Below, in pieces: positions 54,945-64,000 of a stretch of 64,000 nucleotides of DNA (positions within the stretch are counted from its first letter, which is position 1; every line of letters starts with the position of its first letter). Position numbers and translations under genes: made by a program. The notes under the pieces are model-generated. The model ran no database searches. It saw only the letters and a program-made list of their open reading frames with translations, and had not been told where the DNA came from. Origin of the DNA: Macrostomum lignano (lineage: Eukaryota); the NCBI GenBank assembly GCA_002269645.1, contig NIVC01003766.1:1-64000 (forward strand). The letters are read 5' to 3'.

Positions 54945-56597
54945 ACTGGCGACAGCCACCCAGGGGGGGGGGAGAACATGTCCCCCCAGTACAATCTATG
55001 GGGGGACATGCCAATGCTTTGTTCCCCCCATCCCATCTTTGTGACCCGTTATGGAAATCAATAATTTTGCTTCAGGGGGACAAACACATCGTGCCTGTGG
55101 CGCCAAAATGAGTGCCTGCGGCGCCAAAATGAGTGTCTGCGGCGCCAGAATGAGTTCCTACAGCGCCAAAATGAGTGCCTGCAGCGCCAAAATGAATGCC
55201 TGCGGCGCCAAAATGAGTTCCTACAGCGCCAAAATGAGTGCCTGCGGCGCCAAAATGAGTGCCTGCGGCGCCAGAATGAGTGCCTGCGGCGCCAAAATGA
55301 GTGTCTGCGGCGCCAAAATGAGTGCCTGCGGCGCCAAAATGAGTGCCTGCGGCGCCAGAATGAGTGCCTGCGGCGCCAAAATGAGTGTCTGCGGCGCCAA
55401 AATGAGTGCCTGCGGCGCCAAAATGAGTGCCTGCGGCGCCAGAATGAGTGCCTGCGGCGCCAAAATGAGTTCCTACAGCGCCAAAATGAGTGCCTGCGGC
55501 GCTAAAATGAGTGCCTGCGGCGCCAAAATGAGTGCCTGTGGCGCTAAAACGAGTTCCTGCGGCGCTAAAATGAGTGCCTGCAGCGCCAAAATGAGTGCCT
55601 GTGGCGCCAGAATGAGTGCCTGCGGCGCTAAAATGAGTGCCTGCGGCGCCAAAATGAGTGCCTGTGGCGCTAAAATGAGTGCCTGCGGCGCTAAAATGAG
55701 TGCCTGCGGCGCCAAAATGAGTGCCTGTGGCGCTAAAATGAGTTCCTGCGGCGCTAAAATGAGTGCCTGCAGCGCCAAAATGAGTGCCTGTGGCGCTAAA
55801 ATGAGTTCCTGCGGCGCTAAAATGAGTGCCTACGGCGGCGCCAAAATGAGTGTTTGCGGCGGCGCCAAAATGAGTGCCTGCGGTGCCAAAATGAGTGCCT
55901 ACAGCGGCGCCAAAATGAGTGTTTGCGGCGGCGCCAAAATGAGTGCCTGCGGCGCCAGAATGAGTGCCTGCGGCGCCAGAATGAGTGCCTGCGGCGCCAA
56001 AATGAGTTCCTACAGCGCCAAAATGAGTGCCTGCGGCGCCAAAATGAGTGCCTGCGGCGCTAAAATGAGTGCCTGCGGCGCCAAAATGAGTGCCTGTGGC
56101 GCTAAAACGAGTTCCTGCGGCGCTAAAATGAGTGCCTGTGGCGCTAAAATGAGTTCCTGCGGCGCCAAAATGAGTGCCTGCAGCGCCAAAATGAGTGCCT
56201 GTGGCGCCAAAATGAGTGCCTGCGGCGCTAAAATGAGTGCCTGCAGCGCCAAAATGAGTGCCTGTGGCGCTAAAATGAGTTCCTGCGGCGCTAAAATGAG
56301 TGCCTACGGCGGCGCCAAAATGAGTGTTTGCGGCGGCGCCAAAATGAATGCCTGCGGCGCCTAAATGAGTGCCTGTGGCGCTAAAATGAGTTCTTGCGGC
56401 GCTAAAATGAGTGCCTACGGCGGCGCCAAAATGAGTGTTTGCGGCGGCGCCAAAATGAATGCCTGCGGCGCCTAAATGAGTGCCTGCGGCGCCAGAATGA
56501 GTGCTGAAAACACCGATTATGAAAATAGTGTAAATGTACACCTAGAAATTTAGTCATGCAGATCTATAGAATTCCTGGCTTCATGGCGACACCCCTG
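54945..56597 (+). mobile_element. Second copy of the hAT-like element, inflated by the 21-bp minisatellite
   Basis: The left unique part is homologous to 46992-47180. The right end GGCGACACCCCTG (56585-56597) is the inverse of CAGGGG[C/T]GTCGCC. Its own left TIR is degenerate. Confidence 0.6.
55095..56500. repeat. 21-bp minisatellite (GGCGCCAAAATGAGTGCCTGC), about 65 copies
   Basis: Direct reading. The 437-aa and 489-aa ORFs are artefacts of a unit divisible by 3. Confidence 0.97.
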
Positions 56598-57419
56598 GGC
56601 GACATTGTCCCATAGCCATCCAGAGCTGACGGCTGGCTCCTGAGTACAGACAAGCGGCGCCAATACTGTACATAGGCATGCAACTCATACATTGTAGCCC
56701 TGATTGACTTTCTAATCGTTATTAATTGTTTTAAGCTTTCAGCAAATCTATTTTTGAGGTGCTGGTCTGTAATGCTCTGAACAGTCTTTGATTATTTTAT
56801 TCTGCAATAGCTTTTGTATGCAGGACTTGAATTAGCTATTCTGTCCTGCACCTGTTGCACCTGCTTCAATTAGATTCCAATTCTGAAATAATAAATTATA
56901 GAGAATATACAGGAACTAGACACTAGCACACCTGCTTTTCTGTTAATCACTATGCACACACCTTTCAGGACCTGCAGTGTGTTTATTCTACTCAAATATG
57001 CCTCGTGGGCTTGAGCTCAGTTCGGGATTATATATAGGGGAACAGGGAAAAGTCGATTCGATAGAACTGTTTGGGGGGGGGGTTAACGCAACGATAGCAG
57101 GTGGATAAACACGGACTGAAGGGCTGGTGGGGCGGCCCCCAGTGCTCACACAAAACCACTTTAACAGATCGTTAAAGTGGAGCTTTGAGCAATAAACTGA
57201 GCCAACAAACTGCCCGTGGCTGAGATAAAAGCTCATCGACTGGAGGTGGAGCAGGGCATCCCTCGTGCTGTTCTTGCGATTGACAGGCAGGCTCAAAAAT
57301 ACCCTGTATTTTAGTTTTTCTTGTTGAATACTTTTTAAAGATGTCCGGGATATGGTGTGCTTTCGAGCAGACTGGGACTGCTTCTAACTCTGATTCCTTC
57401 TTGTCCAATATTTCCTCTG

Positions 57420-57620
57420 CTCATCTCTTTCACTCTACACTCTCCTCTCTCTCCCTCTCTCCTTCTCCCTTTCTCCCTCTCACTCTCCCCCTCTCCCTCT
57501 CTCTCCCTCTCCCCTCTCCCTCTCCCTCTCTCCCTCTCACTCTCTCTTCCCTGTCTCTCCCTCCTCTCTCACTCTCACTCTCTCACTCCTACCCCTCATC
57601 CTCTCTGCCTCTCTGCCTGT
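57420..57620. repeat. CT-rich low-complexity tract
   Basis: Direct reading. Confidence 0.85.
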
Positions 57621-58689
57621 CATTTCTCTACCTTTGTCATTTTTTCCAGCATAATTATAAAACTGGCGTGCCATAACAATACATTACTTCAGGTCCAATT
57701 GGCTCTAACAAAAAAGAATACACTTGAAAACCGCCTTTTAGTATGGATATAAAATTTCAACAATTCATACCATTATATATCGCCATACAGGGTCATTGTT
57801 AATAATGTCTCAAGAATCTGGATGGTGGTGGAGCATGGAGAAGCCCAATTGAAGTGGCCAGACTCATTCATGCTCAATTGAAAGAGAAATAGAGCTGAGC
57901 AAAATTTTTATAGCTAAACCTGAGGGTGAAGCCATAGCCAGCTTAAAGTTGTCTGAAAAATGACTGATTTTTGGAGTCTTTAGTTGTCCTTGGCTTTTGA
58001 CGAGAGAAAAGGTGTCAGTATTAGGGGCGCTCACAGACGATTTGACCAATTAATCACCTGGGGGTCTGCAGAGGCGTTTTGAGTCAGCGCTCAAAGGAAT
58101 TTCCTCTCTTTCTCTCTCTTCTCTAGCAGTGTTAGTTGAGCACCCCCTGTCGTTCTTATACAATAGAAAAGTCGTTAAAGAAAAAAATTGCAATTCAAGT
58201 TAAAGGTGAATCTGCATGCCTTGAGCTTCTACCTGCTGTAGCGATTGTAGAAATTTGGAAATTTTCGACACTCCAAGGGCATCATCAGATGCTTTGCTGG
58301 TTTTTTTTGTGCGTGTGGCCTTCGAGTACTGTTTAGTGAAAATGATTGGAAACTAAACTAAAATGTTTAAAAGTAACAGGTACAGTTCTGGCACTGTGGC
58401 ACCATAACGATTAAAATATTACTCTTAAAATATAAAGAAGCAAAGCATTCCAATGTTCTTGATTTTGATTAAAGATTTGCGTCTTTGTATATAGTTTTCA
58501 TACCATAAACCTTGGTAATAGAAGCTATGCATAATTTAATGAGCAACAAATTACACATTGAATAAATATCGAATCGAATAGTGAATAAAGCACAAGTTTT
58601 ACATAATTTTTACAGAGATTTACAAGCAACTCAATGTTATTATTTACTCGAAAAGTTTGCTTGAGTACAACATCAGTAATCTATGTAAG

Positions 58690-61600
58690 TTAAACAAAAG
58701 AGCTGGCTTGAAATATTGGTCTTGGAGCTGTGCGAGAAAGGGTTGAGCTCTGCTGAGTCGTCTGCTGCTGCTGCTGCTGATGAGGCTGCTGAGGCTGCTG
58801 GATCGTGTAGGCCCTGGCGGGAACATCGTCTGCTGATGTCTGACCAGTTGACGAGTTCGAACCCTGCACAATCTCATAGTACTGAGGGAGAGTCCTCTGC
58901 TGCTGCTGATTAGGATGAAGATGCGAAGATGCTGGGAGAAGAGTCGTGTACTGCTGCTGTTGGTTCTGGTTCTGTTGGCGATTCCTGCTTCTGCTCTGGA
59001 GGTGCTGCTGCTGCTGCTGCTGAATGTAAATCTTGTCAAAGTTGGCCAGTGTTGACACTGCAGCAGATAGAGAGGTGTGGACATTGTCCCACAATCATTT
59101 AGCCCTGACGGCAATTCTGCTTATTCCAGGGTGTACATCGGCCCTGATTGAATTTCTAATCCTCTGTGCCTTGGGGGTTGGCCCTTATGGGCTAAAACGA
59201 CATGCCCTAAATATGATTTTCGATGTTCAAAGACATTCTGTTACTATGATGACGGTTGTAATTTAAAGTGACTTTCACCTTGACTACTATCGATCTCTGT
59301 GGTGATCTATGAGCTACAATAATTACTACTGACTACTGAACTTTGTTGTGTTGATTTTCAAGACTATTTAACAATCATTACTCTGATAATCTCTGATCTT
59401 ATCTATTCCCTCTCCTTTCTGCTCTCACCTAACTACTCCCAGCGATTGTCTGATCCACCTGTAGCCCAGCAGCCAGCCTCACCCTGATATCCGCAGCCGC
59501 CATCAATGCTGCTGCCGCCTTTCCCGCTGTCCTCTCCAGGCGACCCGCAGCCAATCGCCGGCCTGACTCGGGGCGTCCCGCCAGCTGTCGCCGCCGCTCC
59601 GTCAGGAAATCCAGCCTGAAGAAGTTGGCAAAAGCAGACAATTAGAGAATCATTTTTGCATCTGACATATTGCTAATTTAAGGCTGCCTAACTCTGCAAC
59701 TCTGGGTATTCAAACCCTTAAGTCTGCGGCTCTGGTTTTATCACAGAATGACTCCTTCGTGTCATCTTGCACTTTCTTGCTATTCCCTCTCCTCTCCTCT
59801 TCTCTCCTCTCCTCTCCTCTCCTCTCCTCTCCTCTCCTCTCCTCTCCTCTCCTCTCCTCTCCTCTCCTCTCCTCTCCTCTCCTCTCCTCTCCTCTTCTCT
59901 CCTCTCCTCTCCTCTCCTCTCCTCTCCTCTCCTCTCCTCTCCTCTTCTCTCCTCTTCTCTCCTCTTCTCTCCTCTCCTCTCCTCTCCTCTCCTCTCCTCT
60001 CCTCTCCTCTCCTCTCCTCTCCTCTCCTCTCCTCTCCTCTTCTCTTCTCTCCTCTCCTCTCCTCTCCTCTCCTCTTCTCTCCTCTCCTCTCCTCTCCTTT
60101 CCTCTCTTCTCCTCTCCTCTCATCTCCTCTCCTCTCCTCTCCTCTCATCTCCTCTCCTCTCATCTCCTCTCCTCTCCTCTCATCTCCTCTCCTCTCATCT
60201 CATCTCCTCTCCTCTCCTCTCCTCTCCTCTCATCTCCTCTCCTCTCCTCTCCTCTCCTCTCCTCTTCTCTTCTCTCCTCTCATCTCCTCTCCTCTCCTCT
60301 CCTCTCATCTCCTCTCCTCTCCTCTCATCTCCTCTCCTCTCATCTCATCTCCTCTCCTCTCCTCTCCTCTCCTCTCCTCTCCTCTCCTCTCCTCTCATCT
60401 CCTCTCCTCTCCTCTCATCTCCTCTCCTCTCCTCTCATCTCCTCTCCTCTCCTCTCATCTCCTCTCCTCTCCTCTCCTCTCCTCTCCTCTCCTCTCCTCT
60501 CCTCTCCTCTTCTCTCCTCTCCTCTCCTCTCCTCTCCTCTCCTCTCCTCTCCTCTCTCCTCTCCTCTCCTCTCCTCTCCTCTCCTCTCCTCTCCTCTTCT
60601 CTCCTCTCCTCTCCTCTCCTTTCCTCTCATCTCCTCTCCTCTCCTCTCCTCTCATCTCCTCTCCTCTCCTCTCCTCTCCTCTCCTCTCCTCTCCTCTCCT
60701 CTCCTCTCCTCTCCTCTCCTCTCCTCTCCTCTCCTCTCTCTCCTCTCCTCTCCTCTCCTCTCCTCTCCTCTCCTCTACTCTCCTCTCCTCTCCTCTCCTC
60801 TCCTCTCCTCTACTCTCCTCTCCATTACTCTCCTCTCCTCTCCTCTCCTCTCCTCTCCTCTACTCTCCTCTCCTCTCCTCTCCTCTCCTCTCCTCTCATC
60901 TCCTCTCCTCTCCTCTCCTCTCCTCTCCTCTACTCTCCTCTCCTCTCCTCTCCTCTCCTCTCCTCTCATCTCCTCTCCTCTCCTCTCCTCTCCTCTACTC
61001 TCCTCTCCTCTCCTCTCCTCTACTCTCCTCTCCTCTCCTCTCATCTCCTCTCCTCTCATCTCCTCTCCTCTCCTCTCCTCTCCTCTCCTCTACTCTCCTC
61101 TCCTCTCCTCTCCTCTCCTCTCCTCTACTCTCCTCTCCTCTACTCTCCTCTCCTCTCCTCTCCTCTCCTCTCCTCTACTCTCCTCTCCTCTACTCTCCTC
61201 TCCTCTCCTCTCCTCTCCTCTCCTCTCCTCTACTCTCCTCCCTCTCCTCTCCTCTCCTCTCCTCTCCTCTCCTCTCCTCTCCTCTCATCTCCTCTCATCT
61301 CCTCTCCTCTCCCACTCTCTACAGCACCAACAGCGCTGAAGGAAAATCCTATAAACGTATTCAATATGCAAATTTGATGAAGCTTTTAAAAAAATCCTTC
61401 AAATTCGATATTCGCCAAATCTCACTGAAAACACGGTGCATAAAGTTTAGTCTACCTTTTCACCTGTTAAGGAATTTTCCACAGTCTGAGTTCTGTTTGA
61501 CCAGGTCAGGCACACACGCAATCATCAATTTCTATTCTCCTGTACTGCCCTCTCTTCCATCATCGCCATGAGCCGGTCAGATGATTGCTCTACGCAAAGT

Positions 61601-62475
61601 CAGACAGGACAGGCACGCAACACTGATTGATTCTTTTAGTAGGAGGAGCGTATGTTGAAAGTTGAGTTAAAATAGGGATTTTAATATACCTTGACAAAAT
61701 AGGACGTTCGATAATGAGAGGGGGATTTAATCCCCAAAGTGCTGAATAATGTGACAATATACCACAAGAAATATATTAAATCGATATGTTCAAGTAGAGG
61801 GATTAAAAAGGTGAAAAAAACGTTTAACCAAAGAAGAAATTGAAACAAGGCAAGACTTATAGTTATAGTGGAGCAGCAGACCACAGAAGACACAAGTTAG
61901 AGATGGACGCAGACCACAGAAGACACAACTTAGAGATGGACGCAGACCACAAAAGACACGACAAGTTAGAGATGTACGCAGACCACAGAAGACACAAGTT
62001 AGAGATGGACGCAGACCACAAAAGACACGACAAGTTAGAGATGTACGCAGACCACAGAAGACACAAGTTAGAGAAGGACGCAGACCACAGAAGACACAAG
62101 TTGGAGGTGTGGCAGCAGACCACAGAAGACACAAGTTAGAGATGGACGCAGACCACAAAAGACACGACAAGGTAGAGATGTACGCAGACCACAGAAGACA
62201 CAAGTTAGAGATGGAAGCAGACCACAGAAGACCATCGGTATTAAGGTGGCCCCAGACCACCGAGGACACACAAGGGATCGGAGATTGCCGCAGAATATTA
62301 GGGACGCAAGCAAGACGGATTTAAATGCTAATAATGAGTCTAACATGATCCCTAATCCTCATCGACCGCAAGATTCGGCTTACAGGCAGTCTATCGCCGA
62401 ATAGCAGAGCCTCCTGGTGAGCCATGTCCGTCTCTCGCTGCTGCTTCTCTATGGCGCGCTTCGCGGCTCCAGAAT
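58690..62475 (-). CDS. 3' exons of a gene entering from beyond the window (Gly/Gln-rich, possibly a receptor cytoplasmic tail); exons 62475-62384, 59615-59483, 59104-58690
   Basis: In-phase GT-AG joins give SGAAKRAIEKQQRETDMAHQEALLFGDRLP|AGFPDG...GEDSGKGGSSIDGGCGYQ|GLNDCGTMSTPL. An apparent 1-bp shift near 59070 leads into the Q-rich frame ...LANFDKIYIQQQ...YYEIVQG...QASSFV*. Confidence 0.55.
59785..61312. repeat. 1.5-kb (CTCTC)n pentanucleotide microsatellite
   Basis: Direct reading. The SSPLL and EERRG ORFs are artefacts of it. Confidence 0.98.
61875..62232. repeat. 33/36-bp minisatellite (GCAGACCACAGAAGACACAAGTTAGAGATGGAC)
   Basis: About 10 copies with alternating variants. Confidence 0.93.
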
Positions 62476-62619
62476 CTGCGGTTTGGAAAGGATAAGACAG
62501 AGATTAGATAACAATTTTAAAACGGCTTAAGGGAGATTAGATTAATCTAAAACTTGATTTTTCTGAGACTACTTCCGACAATGGGTAAAAATATTCCTGC
62601 TAAAGCTAGATAGAGGCTA

Positions 62620-64000
62620 GATCAAACTAGGCTAGATCAAATGAGACTAGCTAAAAAAAGACTAGATCAAATGAGACTAGCTAAAAAAAGACTAGATCAA
62701 ATGAGACTAGCTAAAAAAAGACTAGATCAAATGAGACTAGCTAAAAAAATACTAGATCAAATGAGACTAGATTAAATGAGACGAGACTTCATGAGACTAC
62801 ATCAAATAAGACTAGATCAAATGAGACTGAATCAAATGAGACTAGATCAAATGAGACTAGATCAAATGAGACTAGATCAAATGAGACTAAATCAAATGAG
62901 ACTAGATCAAATGAGACTAGATCAAATGAGACTAGATCAAATGAGACTAGATCAAATGAGACTAGATCAAATGAGACTAGATCAAATGAGACTAGATCAA
63001 ATGAGACTAGATCAAATGAGACTAGATCAAATGAGACTAGATCAAATGAGACTAGATCAAATGAGAATAGATTAAATGAGACTGAATCAAATGAGACTGA
63101 ATCAAATGAGACTAGATCAAATGAGACTAGATCAAATGAGACTAGATCAAATGAGACTAGATCAAATGAGACTAGATCAAATGAGACTAGATCAAATGAG
63201 ACTAGATCAAATGAGACTAGATCAAATGAGACTAGATCAAATGAGACTAGATCAAATAAGACTAGATCAAATGAGACTAGATCAAATGAGACTAGATCAA
63301 ATGAGACTAGATCAAATGAGACTAGATTAAATGAGACTGAATCAAATGAGACTGAATCAAATGAGACTAGATCAAATGAGACTAGATCAAATGAGACTAG
63401 ATCAAATGAGACTAGATCAAATGAGACTAGATCAAATGAGACTAGATCAAATGAGACTAGATCAAATGAGACTAGATCAAATGAGACTAGATCAAATGAG
63501 ACTAGATCAAATGAGACTAGATCAAATGAGACTAGATCAAATGAGACTAGATCAAATGAGACTAGATCAAATGAGACTAGATCAAATGAGACTAGATCAA
63601 ATGAGACTAGATCAAATGAGACTAGATCAAATGAGACTAGATCAAATGAGACTAGATCAAATGAGACTAGATCAAATGAGACTAGATCAAATGAGACTAG
63701 ATCAAATGAGACTAGATCAAATGAGACTAGATCAAATGAGACTAGATCAAATGAGACTAGATTAAATGAGACTGAATCAAATGAGACTAGATCAAATGAG
63801 ACTAGATCAAATGAGACTAGATCAAATGAGACTAGATCAAATGAGACTAGATCAAATGAGACTAGATTAAATGAGACTGAATCAAATGAGACTAGATCAA
63901 ATGAGACTAGATCAAATGAGACTAGATCAAATGAGACTAGATCAAATGAGACTGAATCAAATGAGACTAGATCAAATGAGACTAGATCAAATGAGACTAG
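62620..64000. repeat. 15-bp minisatellite (ATGAGACTAGATCAA) running off the window end
   Basis: About 90 near-perfect copies. Confidence 0.98.

Noticed and set aside
55051-56541. 437-aa and 489-aa ORFs on opposite strands
   Set aside because: A 21-bp unit without stops gives open frames trivially.
46992-56597. One 9.6-kb composite transposon bounded by the matching TIRs
   Set aside because: The flanks CTGTGTGA and GGCGACAT are not a TSD. Two separate copies explain the data better.
56988-57408. Short minus-strand ORFs
   Set aside because: They could not be joined into a spliced model and show no recognisable domain.
59748-61571. 500-600-aa SSPLL ORFs
   Set aside because: They are translations of (CTCTC)n.
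62776-63765. MRLDQ pentapeptide-repeat ORFs
   Set aside because: This is a 15-bp minisatellite with periodic TAA variants, located in an intron of the minus-strand gene.

Overview
Eukaryotic (metazoan) genomic DNA with GT-AG introns; there are no prokaryotic features, rRNA, intact tRNA or CRISPR arrays. The gene style and introns filled by private minisatellites resemble the flatworm Macrostomum (inference). By manual splicing I can support eight protein-coding loci: the last exon of an ACE/peptidase M2 gene (+), then on the minus strand a Ser-rich terminal exon, a divergent homeobox gene, a 5-exon polyQ orphan gene, intronless UFD1, RPL3, a 7-exon KIAA2013/DUF2152 homologue and the 3' exons of a receptor-tail-like gene. 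Most long ORFs in the track are artefacts of about 30 tandem repeats. Mobile elements are a hAT MITE, a Tc1/mariner MITE, another TIR element, a CORE-type SINE, a second tRNA-headed SINE family and a hAT-like family carrying an internal minisatellite. The most interesting signals are (i) several unrelated minisatellites sharing a GGCGCC+A-tract core (reverse complement TTTGGCGC, the E2F consensus), one of which sits inside a transposon-like element, (ii) the atypical homeodomain whose frame is interrupted by one in-frame stop, and (iii) the polyQ orphan gene. The frame disruptions may be assembly errors.
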